From contig CAXXWQ010000002.1 of the NCBI GenBank assembly GCA_963674945.2, forward strand, positions 416,001 through 480,000: 64,000 nucleotides of DNA, in the 5' to 3' direction. Positions 19,462-28,027 of the stretch are shown here, piece by piece. The first letter of the stretch is position 1. Each line of letters starts with the position of its first letter. Both the position numbers and the translations under genes were made by a program. Below the pieces are notes generated by a model. The model did no database searches. It worked only from the letters and a program-made list of their open reading frames with translations, and was not told the origin of the DNA. The DNA is from an uncultured Desulfosarcina sp. (GTDB lineage: Bacteria; Desulfobacterota; Desulfobacteria; Desulfobacterales; Desulfosarcinaceae).

Positions 19462-19787
19462 AATGTAGCCACCATTGCAACAAGCTTGTTGATTTCTATC
19501 GATCCGTTTTGATCATCGACTTCGATGGTAAATCCGTTGGGGGTATGAATACGAACGGATGGATGTTTCCTCGTCGCTGATCCGTTGAGCGCAACCGGCA
19601 AAAAAGTAACTCGGGTTTTATCAACGGGCATGATGCGCCGTTTCCAATCGTAAAACCGATGGAGAATGAGATCGTTTTTTTTACAATAGGCCCTTTGGCT
19701 TAGGCTGCTGATCTTCCATTTCTCGATATGATTTTCCCAAAATTTTCGCCTTTGCTTGGAATCGAATGAATCATAGTCTTCAGGCAT
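19458..19787 (-). CDS. tnpA: IS66 accessory protein TnpA
   Basis: W..HIEKW..SSLSQRAYC...FYDWKRR; first ORF of the IS. Confidence 0.88.
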   Translation of the reverse strand: MPEDYDSFDSKQRRKFWENHIEKWKISSLSQRAYCKKNDLILHRFYDWKRRIMPVDKTRVTFLPVALNGSATRKHPSVRIHTPNGFTIEVDDQNGSIEINKLVAMVATL

Positions 19788-19986
19788 GATATCTTCTCCT
19801 TTCTTTGGGGAAACACATTGCCATGCCTGAACAATTTTGTGAAGATGGGGTTAATAAACCGCTTACCTCATTACTGATTACTGGCTTGTAAAGAGTTGGG
19901 AGCGTGGAGAGAAAAAGCGATAAAAAAATAGAATTGTGAATGATAAATTTTAAATTTCTCTTATTTATTGGAGCAAATTGTGGAAC

Positions 19987-20388
19987 TTACGGTTCGATAC
20001 GATTCATTTTAAATTTATCGAAGTCCTTGTCGTAGCTATAGATACTATTTTTTGGATCTTTTTCCAAAAGTGCGATCAAATAGGCATCAACGATTTCGAT
20101 ATTGTTCGAATCCCAGATGTCGATCATTCGGGCGATAATTTTCTTGTCTCTTATCTTCAACCCCTTGAACGTTAATAGTTTTCTAATGATCTCTGTAATC
20201 TGGTCTTTGGGTACCTTATAGAATCTTTTCAGAACGAAAATGGTCTGAAAAAGAACGATGGGCTTGAGTTCGACATTAACTTTTCCAAGTTCGATATCCT
20301 GGAAAAAACCAAACACACCTTTATATTTATCATCAGGATTACCTGTCAAAAATCGAAGAATGACGTTGGTGTCAAGAAGTGGTATCAT
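19987..20388 (-). CDS. vapC: VapC/PIN toxin
   Basis: LLDTNVILRFL, IVDAYL, YSYDKDFD. Confidence 0.88.
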   Translation of the reverse strand: MIPLLDTNVILRFLTGNPDDKYKGVFGFFQDIELGKVNVELKPIVLFQTIFVLKRFYKVPKDQITEIIRKLLTFKGLKIRDKKIIARMIDIWDSNNIEIVDAYLIALLEKDPKNSIYSYDKDFDKFKMNRIEP

Positions 20389-20678
20389 TTAAACCACCTT
20401 GATGAAAAACCGACTTCCGTTGCCTTTTCGACCATTTTTTTATCAGGAAGGTCACCTTCTGGCGAGTAGCTGCGTAGTAAACCAAAAAGTTCATCAGTTA
20501 ATGTCCGACCCGTCTTCCTGTGCTTAGATGGCTTTAAAAGAATACCATCTTGAGAAGTGATGAACTCGATTTGGTCACCGATTTCTATGTTATACCTGCG
20601 TCTTATATCGGCCGGAATCACGACTTGTCCTTTTGGAAAAATCTTCATTTTTAGTGTCTTTCTTGCAGTTTGCGGCAT
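20385..20678 (-). CDS. AbrB/MazE/SpoVT antitoxin
   Basis: KIFPKGQVVIPADIRRRYNI..GD. Confidence 0.88.
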   Translation of the reverse strand: MPQTARKTLKMKIFPKGQVVIPADIRRRYNIEIGDQIEFITSQDGILLKPSKHRKTGRTLTDELFGLLRSYSPEGDLPDKKMVEKATEVGFSSRWFK

Positions 20679-20702
20679 CGGGCCTCTCCTTTTTTCTGCA
20701 AA

Positions 20703-20743
20703 TTGTTATACACAAAAATAAATTATGTATAACAACCTGTCAA
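20703..20743 (-). promoter_or_regulatory. TA operator/promoter
   Basis: Perfect inverted repeat TTGTTATACA...TGTATAACAA beside a minus-strand TTGACA. Confidence 0.65.
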
Positions 20744-20754
20744 GGTGTTTGTGG

Positions 20755-20915
20755 CGACAGCTGATAGGGTAAAAAGCTAAGAGCAAGGAGCGTGGAGCAG
20801 GAAGCAAACAGTGATGGGTGATGAGTGAGGAACGCAGATGGGTAGGCTATAGACTTTAGGCTGTAGGAAATTAGCTGACAGCACAGAGCCTATAGCTGGG
20901 AGTTTAGAGTGTAGA
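20755..20915 (+). repeat. Mosaic spacer
   Basis: 20810-20870 closely matches 11280-11341 and 23780-23834. Confidence 0.85.
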
Positions 20916-20926
20916 GATCACTTCAA

Positions 20927-21211
20927 CTAAAACAAGGAATGGATGCTTTGCAACACATCTGCTGCTCTAATATTTCCTTTAACACCCTTTTCAGATAGCA
21001 TGTCGATGGCTTCGGATATGGAAACGCCTAATTCGGTCGACACCTCTCTAATGGAGAGCTTTCCGTTTTGATATAGGTCTGCGATGTATGTTTCAAAACC
21101 GATCCTGGCAAGTTTTCGGAATGACTGGGTACTGTCAATTTTTTCGATTTTAGACAGGAAATTAACCGCATGCTCTATGTCTTGGGGAATCCGGATGGAT
21201 TTCACTTTCAT
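20927..21211 (-). CDS. UPF0175-family putative antitoxin (copy 2)
   Basis: Near-identical to 10665-10949. Confidence 0.75.
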   Translation of the reverse strand: MKVKSIRIPQDIEHAVNFLSKIEKIDSTQSFRKLARIGFETYIADLYQNGKLSIREVSTELGVSISEAIDMLSEKGVKGNIRAADVLQSIHSLF

Positions 21212-21678
21212 GGTACCCTCCCAATCATGGTATAAACCATCGCATATTCATCATCGCTGATAAACGGCGCCAACTGCTCGAGCATCCAGATCGCCTTTTC
21301 CTGTTTGAAATGTTTCAGCGTAAACAGTTTGTAGATAATCACGGCGGGTAATATGAACGGTATACCGTTTGTAGCGAGCCGTTTTGCCAGTTTGGCATCG
21401 TCTGTCCCGACAGCATCATGCAGTGACTTATCAAATAATCCCACGAGTGCATCGTCTCCCTTGCCACCCTCTTCTGTATTACCGAAAACACTTATTGTTT
21501 CAGCCAATATGTTATTTTCGACGACGAAAGCGTCTTCACAACCTTTTTTCTTGCCGGCGTCAACAACCTCAACTTTGACAGCATGTGGAATTGAGATTGC
21601 ACAAAAGGAGGCGACAACTTCTTTCAAACCGGCTTTTGTAAGTTTTATCAGGCAGTCGGCATCCATCAATATCTTCAT
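21208..21678 (-). CDS. PIN-like (DUF3368-type) putative toxin
   Basis: LMDADCLIKL, V..EVV, GKGD, GTDD acidic PIN pattern; ATGA overlap with UPF0175 gene. Confidence 0.7.
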   Translation of the reverse strand: MKILMDADCLIKLTKAGLKEVVASFCAISIPHAVKVEVVDAGKKKGCEDAFVVENNILAETISVFGNTEEGGKGDDALVGLFDKSLHDAVGTDDAKLAKRLATNGIPFILPAVIIYKLFTLKHFKQEKAIWMLEQLAPFISDDEYAMVYTMIGRVP

Positions 21679-21819
21679 GTGTTAGATTGTAATTATTGTA
21701 TTACGCGTTGTCAACGAAAAACGAAGCAAGGGGGGCGCACAATTAGCTCGGTCTGCATTCTTGTCAGGCTCTGCTATAAATTTCTGCCTCACGAAAAAGT
21801 CAGAGAAATGATTAGCCAC

Positions 21820-21870
21820 CCCAGTTAAATTCGCTTCGCTTTTCACTATCGTGAATGTAACGGGATAGAC
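21820..21870 (+). repeat. ~51-bp palindromic mini-element inserted in the TTAGCCAC module
   Basis: CCCAGTTAAATTCGCTTCGCT...GTGAATGTAACGGGATAGAC; second copy at 41679-41730. Confidence 0.75.
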
Positions 21871-22079
21871 AGACCCATTCGGAAGGACACGGACAATATA
21901 GGTGATAGGCTATAGGCTGTAGGCGATGGGTAATGAACGAATGCTGAAGGCCGCCAATTCGCTCAATTTTTAAATTGGGAACAGTTGGGGTAGGTTAACC
22001 TAAGCAGTATCGGTACAAATATATATCGGATTTTAAATTTGAAAATTAAGATTAGCTTTTTTTCATCCTGTCCGTTTGA

Positions 22080-23003
22080 ATGAAGAATTCCTATTGTCAT
22101 TGCATCATAAAGGCTTCAAAAATATTTATATTTTTAAGTATTTTTGTCTTTCAATTTGTTTTGATCCAGACATTCAGTGACGTAGCCTTGGCTTATTTGA
22201 CCGTTTCCACAGAAAAAAGACTCATTAAAAGCATTGTACCTCATTCAAAAGATATCCCTGTTTCTGCATCGCACCTTCTTGAAATATGCGGTGATGATAC
22301 AAAAGATCCATCCATATACAGTGGCAATGTAAATTATCCAAACAACAAAACATTATTTTGCTATCTGCCCATTCCCGAGGTCGTTACAAGGCAAATGGAT
22401 CGATATGTCGCCTCGGAATTCAGCATTGAAAATCTGTTGTATGCCAACCTCAAAATTGAAAGGTTAATGAGAGAATACGATGACCTTGAAAAGAGAAGTC
22501 ATGAAATTTTAGAAGGGCTGGATGTACCATTTATCCATGGTGTAGAGTACGAACAACTGTTGCAGCAAAAAGCATCTTTCGTTACCCTTGAAATCGATCG
22601 TGTTACCGAACAGTCCAACTTCATCGCCGGTCCGGAACTGGTTTATGCAACACAAAATAATTCAACTGGTTCAAGAAAACCAATTGCTGCAAAGAAGACC
22701 TTCGGGTCGACACATCGGTTTCGATTCGAGAAACCAGGTGTCAGTTTATCGACCGGATCATCGGTAACCCGTGGATCCTCTCATAAATCCAATGATGCCA
22801 ATCATTCACAGCCGGAATTCGATGCATCCGAATCAAAAAATATACAGTATGGGGTTGATTCAAAGGATCAGTTGCCTCGGCTGATCAGAGTCCTGAGATC
22901 ATTATTCAGATATCTGTTTGAGAATAAAATCGAGGCGGTTTTGTATATCATTTTGATTTACGGTATTGGTCATTTGGTGTTTTCTGCGCGTGGTAAGGGC
23001 TAA
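22080..23003 (+). CDS. Hypothetical protein with N-terminal signal/TM segment and C-terminal membrane anchor
   Basis: 307-aa ORF; hydrophobic N- and C-termini with basic tail; no recognised motif. Confidence 0.6.
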   Translation: MKNSYCHCIIKASKIFIFLSIFVFQFVLIQTFSDVALAYLTVSTEKRLIKSIVPHSKDIPVSASHLLEICGDDTKDPSIYSGNVNYPNNKTLFCYLPIPEVVTRQMDRYVASEFSIENLLYANLKIERLMREYDDLEKRSHEILEGLDVPFIHGVEYEQLLQQKASFVTLEIDRVTEQSNFIAGPELVYATQNNSTGSRKPIAAKKTFGSTHRFRFEKPGVSLSTGSSVTRGSSHKSNDANHSQPEFDASESKNIQYGVDSKDQLPRLIRVLRSLFRYLFENKIEAVLYIILIYGIGHLVFSARGKG

Positions 23004-23170
23004 TTGGTGATGGGGAAATAAGCTGATAACTCATAGGCGATCGCTGATAGGACACGGATGATGATCGAAGGGAAAAAATGAATTATTGTTTTGCCACGGA
23101 CACACACAGACGCACACGGACAAAAGAAAAAGCAGTAAATTTTACATTTCAGTATGGGATACAGGCAAAC

Positions 23171-23325
23171 CTTATCGATAGGCCCGGCTGCGATGGTGAG
23201 CGCCAATCATGAAAACAATGTTTTCCTGCTCGTCAATTTCGTAGAAAAATCGCCATGAACCGATACGATAACGCCATGTTGGCGGTGTAAAATTTTTTAG
23301 TTTTTTTATGTTGGAACCGTAATGG
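23171..23325 (-). pseudogene. RelE-family toxin 3' half (frameshifted)
   Basis: HYGSNIKKLKNFTPPTWRYRIGSWRFFYEID... then a +1 shift to IVFMIGAHHRSRAYR*. Confidence 0.8.
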
Positions 23326-23455
23326 TGACCGTTCCCGAATACTGATTGTTGATATCATTCGATATGATGACAACTGGCCTGGTTTTGGCGATTTCCCGCC
23401 CCAGTGTCGGATCTAATGAGGCCAGATGAATCTCCCCCCTTTTAATATCGGTCAT
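23306..23455 (-). pseudogene. MazF/PemK toxin 5' half
   Basis: KRGEIHLASLDPTLGREIAKTRPVVIISND, stops after 49 aa. Confidence 0.85.
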
Positions 23456-23693
23456 CCCATCCCTCCAAATCGATGACATGAAATTCATCTGCCATATCAA
23501 GGCTTTCTGTATTACAGGCGCGATACCCTTCAGCGAGTTGCTTTTCTAGTTCTGTTTTTCTATCTTGCCCAATCTTGAAGCGAATGGCGTCGGCGATGAA
23601 TGAACTCCGTTTTCTTGGGCCTGATATGGAATCCACCAATTGGATTAATTCTTTCGGTAGGGTGATATTAATGCGTACATTTTCTACGTTCAT
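23442..23693 (-). CDS. RHH/CopG antitoxin
   Basis: RINITLPKEL...KRSSFIADAI...LAEGY. Confidence 0.85.
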   Translation of the reverse strand: MNVENVRINITLPKELIQLVDSISGPRKRSSFIADAIRFKIGQDRKTELEKQLAEGYRACNTESLDMADEFHVIDLEGWDDRY

Positions 23694-23759
23694 AAGTTCG
23701 CCCCTTTTTTGTGACATATTGTGTGTAAAATAATGTGTCAAATTGTGGTGAGTGTCAAG

Positions 23760-23945
23760 AGCTTAGAGCGGAGAGTAATCAGTGATGAGTGAGGAAAGCA
23801 GGTAGATAGTCTTTAGACTGTAGGCTGTAGGAAATTAGCTTATAGCTCATAGGGGATAGCTGATAGGGTAAAAAGCATTGAGCCTGGAGCTGGGAGCAAG
23901 CAGTGATGGGTGATGCGTAATGAGTGATAGGAAACAGGTGGTGTG
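23760..23945 (+). repeat. Mosaic spacer
   Basis: GAGC, GTGATGA, GGCTGTA and TAGCTGA modules in the same order as 11259-11478. Confidence 0.85.
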
Positions 23946-23949
23946 ATAC

Positions 23950-24369
23950 TTATGACTGCAGACTATGGGGTATGGTTTCTGTCACAAAACCTGGAAAACG
24001 CTTTTGAAGTTTTTTATCAAAACTGAAGAGATTTTTAGCCCCATAGTTTTTTGCTTGTTCTACAATTAACAGATCAGCAAAATCACCACCATTTACATAT
24101 TGCTGGGCAGCCTTACGAATCGCTGTCGAGTCGGGAAGGGAAAAAACCGGTGCGGATAGAAGGTTTCCCATGAACATCGAAATTTCTTCACGGTTGCATT
24201 GATAAACAGATTCAAGAACCCATACGGTTTCAATAATCACTTCTGTCAGAAGCAACAGCTTTTTCCCGTTGGCTTCAGCAATATCAATAATTTCTTGTGC
24301 TTTTTTTGCCTGACGTTCATCATCTTCAACCAGCACCCTGACAATGGCGTTGGTATCGAGTGCAATCAT
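23950..24369 (-). CDS. vapC: VapC/PIN toxin
   Basis: IALDTNAIVR, ETVWVLES, DFADLLI, FSFDK. Confidence 0.9.
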   Translation of the reverse strand: MIALDTNAIVRVLVEDDERQAKKAQEIIDIAEANGKKLLLLTEVIIETVWVLESVYQCNREEISMFMGNLLSAPVFSLPDSTAIRKAAQQYVNGGDFADLLIVEQAKNYGAKNLFSFDKKLQKRFPGFVTETIPHSLQS

Positions 24370-24620
24370 TTCGCCGCCCGTTGAAGACGTCTTTTCTGAA
24401 TTTCATTTTCCATCTGGTCAAGAGAAACTATCCGTTCTTTCTTTCTATGTTTTAACATTCCAAAAATAGATGATCCCGATCTTTGTTCTTTCGTAACAAG
24501 GACCTTCCCATCCTCAATTGGAGTGAAGACAAGCTTCTCAGAAGTTTCGATATTAAGAAAATCTCTGATTTTTTTGGGAATTGTTATTTGTCCCTTGGAT
24601 GTTACAGTTCCTGTTTCCAT
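24366..24620 (-). CDS. AbrB/MazE/SpoVT antitoxin
   Basis: TVTSKGQITIPKKIR; upstream operator TCCTTAC..GTAAGGA 24645-24664. Confidence 0.9.
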   Translation of the reverse strand: METGTVTSKGQITIPKKIRDFLNIETSEKLVFTPIEDGKVLVTKEQRSGSSIFGMLKHRKKERIVSLDQMENEIQKRRLQRAAK

Positions 24621-24933
24621 AGTCGTTCTTTTCTGTTTTAAATTTCCTTACATGTTGGTAAGGATATCAGCGCGACCTGCTATTGTCAATGGTGATTGGG
24701 GAGGGCAAAGGGTGATGGGCTGTAGGAAAAGAGCATGGAGCTGGGAGCGTAAAAATTTTTTGCCACGGACACACACGGACTGACACGGACGAGGTTTTTA
24801 TTAGCCTTCGGCTGGAAATGATTCACCGCCCACTTCGTTAAAATTACAGTGATCGCAAAGGTTTGTTTGTCCCCTTCGGGTAGAAAAACATTACATCTCT
24901 ACGAGCTTTGCGTCTTTGTGGTGAAAAATAACA

Positions 24934-25070
24934 TCATAGATAGGCTTGGCAGCGGGGATGCGTGCCAATCATGAAAACAATTTTCTCCAGTTCTTCAATT
25001 TCTTAGAAAAACCGCCATTAACCTATACGGTATGCCACGTTGGAGGTGTAAAATTTTTTAGTTTTTTTTA
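24934..25070 (-). pseudogene. Second degraded copy of the RelE 3' half
   Basis: Co-linear with 23171-23308 (gccaatcatgaaaacaat...ggtgtaaaattttttagttttttt). Confidence 0.75.
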
Positions 25071-25147
25071 GGACAGGATTAACAAGATCGACATGGTTAT
25101 TTCGCCACGGGCGAATAAAACTCCTTTTTGCATTCCAGTATCTTCTT

Positions 25148-26119
25148 TTATATGTTTGCCTGGTAAACGGCAGTACGTTTATCTCCGGTTTTTTTTAGAA
25201 GCTCCAATTTAACTCCATGTTGCAGGTCGCGACTGGCTGTAGCTGTGGAAATTGTTTTAAATAATGCTTGGTATGCTTTTCGTGTAAAAAAATCTGCACC
25301 GAACGAGTCGATCGCCAGATTCAACCTGTCTATGGAAGTAAGCATCACGGATCGCGTTGCGGTCATTAACTCATGAAGCGCATCTATGATGAGGCGTAGC
25401 ATCAAAATGACAAAACCGGTGCAGTCACCTGAATCATCACCCGTGGCCAATTCCCGATAATAGTCATCTTGGCGGGCTTTGATGAAATCTTCAACTGGAA
25501 GATACTCAAAGATGGGATGATATACCATCAATAACCGGGTTTGCCATAGCCTTCCCATTCGGCCGTTACCATCAATAAACGGATGAATGTACTCCACTTG
25601 GTAATGAAACCGGCAGGATTTTATAAGCCAATGATCATCACTGCTTTTCAGATAGGTGAAAAGACTCTGCATCATGGATGCAACGTTTTTCCAGGAAGGA
25701 GACTCATGAAATATATCACCTGGCCGCATTACCCCAATGGGACCGGTGCGAAATGTACCCGATGATGGAATTAGATCCTCCATCAACATCTTATGCGCTT
25801 TCAGGAATGAGGAGATCGACAAGGGCGCAAGTCTTTCGATGGACCGATAGGTGCGAATGGCATTTTGAACTTCCAAGATATCCTGCTTGGGACCGATAAC
25901 CCGTTTTTCATCGATCAGACTTGTCACCTGTTCACGAGTTAACGAATTACCTTCGATGGCAAGGGACGACTGGATCGTATGGATACGGTTTTTTCTCTGT
26001 AGCATAGGGCTTGGCCTGCGCAGTTTGACCCCTTCCAACTGGCCGATTTGTTCTGCGATGCCGGTCATCAGGTTAATTGCTTTTGGAGTTGTCCGGCAGG
26101 TATGCATTTTATGCTTCAT
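25148..26119 (-). CDS. Fic family protein
   Basis: HPFIDGNGRMGR catalytic motif; SLAIEGN inhibitory helix; perfect 20-bp palindrome upstream (26172-26191). Confidence 0.92.
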   Translation of the reverse strand: MKHKMHTCRTTPKAINLMTGIAEQIGQLEGVKLRRPSPMLQRKNRIHTIQSSLAIEGNSLTREQVTSLIDEKRVIGPKQDILEVQNAIRTYRSIERLAPLSISSFLKAHKMLMEDLIPSSGTFRTGPIGVMRPGDIFHESPSWKNVASMMQSLFTYLKSSDDHWLIKSCRFHYQVEYIHPFIDGNGRMGRLWQTRLLMVYHPIFEYLPVEDFIKARQDDYYRELATGDDSGDCTGFVILMLRLIIDALHELMTATRSVMLTSIDRLNLAIDSFGADFFTRKAYQALFKTISTATASRDLQHGVKLELLKKTGDKRTAVYQANI

Positions 26120-26367
26120 TTCCGTGATCTCACTGTTGTTCGTCCAGAAATAGCTTTTACAGCGGATATTTATAGTATCATATGATACTATCATGTCAAG
26201 TATGCGTTTTTTCGAATTCATAGGGGGCGCATCTTAATTATAGACATTTCTGGTGAGAAGAGCTTGGGGCATGGAGAAGGGAGCGGAGAACAGAAGGTAG
26301 GAAGTTGGGAAGAGCAGAAGGGCGGAAAAGCTATTTTGATATTCCACCGCAAAGGCCTTAATTGCAC

Positions 26368-26632
26368 GAAAGGGCTTTCTGCCATCGATAGCCATTCCTT
26401 GATGTCTATTTTCAGGATGAGTCTCTTTTTTGCTGCCAGTAATGCCATTTCCCAGACACTGATGCACGATACATAAATACTATCGTTTTTTACCGCTTTT
26501 TCTATATGTTCGCTGGCTGTTTTGGACAGTAAATCCGGGTTGCTGAGAAACCAGATCCAAACGTGGGGATCCATTACGATCATTTCAGAGTTTCCCAGTC
26601 GTCAAGACCAATCGGCGCAAACGGATCGATAT
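26368..26632 (-). pseudogene. Remnant antitoxin 3' end plus 3'-truncated VapC
   Basis: ...PIGLDDWETLK* overlapping MIVMDPHVWIWF...ISVWEMALL...EWL, then runs into spacer repeats; same family as 41987-42612. Confidence 0.75.
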
Positions 26633-26636
26633 TGCA

Positions 26637-26670
26637 TTGAGTCTCATATGAATATATTATTGAGACTCAA
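26637..26670 (+). promoter_or_regulatory. TA operator
   Basis: Perfect inverted repeat TTGAGTCTCA...TGAGACTCAA just before RBS GGAGG. Confidence 0.65.
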
Positions 26671-26684
26671 AGGGAGGTCATTAG

Positions 26685-26972
26685 ATGAAATTTTTAAGTG
26701 TAAGAGAGCTAAAATCCAAATCGGCAAAGGTTTGGAAAGAGTTACCCAGTCAGAAAGAAATGATCGTGACCAGCAATGGCAGGCCTATTGCCATGCTTTC
26801 TTCTATAAATGAAGATAATCTCGAGCAGGTATTAAATGCATTTAGAATTGCAAGAGCAACCAATGCAGTGGCTTCGATCCAATACGAATCGGCAGAACAA
26901 GGGACGGATAAAATTTCTATGGAGGAAATCGAAGTTGAAATCCAAGCAGTAAGATCCAGCCGAAAACAATGA
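26685..26972 (+). CDS. Phd/YefM antitoxin
   Basis: MKFLSVRELK...IVTSNGRPIAML. Confidence 0.88.
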   Translation: MKFLSVRELKSKSAKVWKELPSQKEMIVTSNGRPIAMLSSINEDNLEQVLNAFRIARATNAVASIQYESAEQGTDKISMEEIEVEIQAVRSSRKQ

Positions 26973-27310
26973 AAATTGTACTGGATACAAATGCACTTGT
27001 TTCTGGTCTGCTCACGCCATTTGGTTCGAGCGGCGAGATCGTTCGAATGGTTTTTTCAGGTGAACTTACGTTGTTTTTGGATGCTCGGATATTATCCGAG
27101 TACAAAGATGTTTTGCAGCGTCCAACATTTTGTTTTAACAAGGAAAATGTTGCGACCTTGATTGATTTCATAAAATATTTCGGGCGTTTCGTTTCGAGTT
27201 CACCATTAAGAGATCGGTTGCCGGATCATGACGACGAACCATTTCTCGAAGTGGCCATTGCCGGTGATGTAAATGCCTTGATTAGTGGAAATATCGTTCA
27301 TTACTTTTGC
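26969..27310 (+). pseudogene. PIN-family toxin (TIGR00305-like), apparently 3'-truncated
   Basis: IVLDTNALVSG, EY.DVL.RP, PDHDDEPFLEVA, ISGN..H; no stop of its own, reads on antisense into the relE gene. Confidence 0.7.
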
Positions 27311-27311
27311 A

Positions 27312-27566
27312 TCAGTCACCATAATGGGTCCTTGCCCTATGTATGTAGACCTTATGGTTATCTTCGTCAATTGTATACACTATTCGGTCTTGAAAGCTTA
27401 AACGAACAGAATAAAAACCTTTTAATTGACCAATCAATTTTTTGCCGGAATAGGGTTCGTGGCATAGTTGGTGCTCAAGAATATCTTTGAGTTTGGATTT
27501 CAGGCGTGGTGTGAGTTTGTTCACATCTTTTAAGGCTTCTTTCGTGAATCTGGCTTCATACATCAA
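27312..27566 (-). CDS. RelE/YoeB-family toxin (intact copy)
   Basis: GKKLIGQLKGFYSVRLSFQDRIVYTI...RTHYG. Confidence 0.9.
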   Translation of the reverse strand: MMYEARFTKEALKDVNKLTPRLKSKLKDILEHQLCHEPYSGKKLIGQLKGFYSVRLSFQDRIVYTIDEDNHKVYIHRARTHYGD

Positions 27567-27823
27567 GAATCCCCAAAGACGTCATTCATAGAATAGGTAT
27601 CACCATCATTCATTTGGTTGACAGATCGGTTCAAACTTTTCAGCAAGCCTGGAATTGAAAGAAGTTCAAGGGTTTCGATGAGGCTTTCATACTCTTCTGC
27701 AGAGAGCATGACAACGGCACCTGTAGGATGCTGAATTCGAAATATCTGGTGTTTTTCGGTGGCCCCTTTCACGATTTCGAAAAAATTACGGCGGGCATCC
27801 GTTGCTGTTATATTGTTTTTCAT
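27563..27823 (-). CDS. Phd/YefM antitoxin (copy 2)
   Basis: Close paralog of 9351-9611. Confidence 0.9.
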   Translation of the reverse strand: MKNNITATDARRNFFEIVKGATEKHQIFRIQHPTGAVVMLSAEEYESLIETLELLSIPGLLKSLNRSVNQMNDGDTYSMNDVFGDS

Positions 27824-28027
27824 TCTAAATTCCTATGAAAATGTACACTATTCCGTACAGGATAGGCCTGTGGATGATTTTTGTCAATATTCAAGTTTTG
27901 AAAAGAATAAATCAGCCACAGACCCACACAAATTACAGACTATAGGCTGTAGGCTGCAGAAAATTAGCTGAGAGGTCGTAGGTGATAGCTGATAGGACAT
28001 GGATGATGATCGAAACAAAAATTTGAA

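Larger units (their letters stand above)
17373..19866 (-). mobile_element. Complete IS66-family element (2494 bp)
   Basis: Inverted ends GTAAGGGTCAAATAAACCCCATCTTCACA / GTAAGCGGTTTATTAACCCCATCTTCACA; 8-bp target duplication CTCATTAC (17365-17372, 19867-19874); tnpA-tnpB-tnpC. Confidence 0.96.

Noticed and set aside
6585..27823. Classical integron or CALIN
   Set aside because: No tyrosine integrase in the window, no consistent RYYYAAC...GTTRRRY palindromes seen after genes, and cassettes lie in both orientations. A covariance-model search is still needed to exclude it formally.
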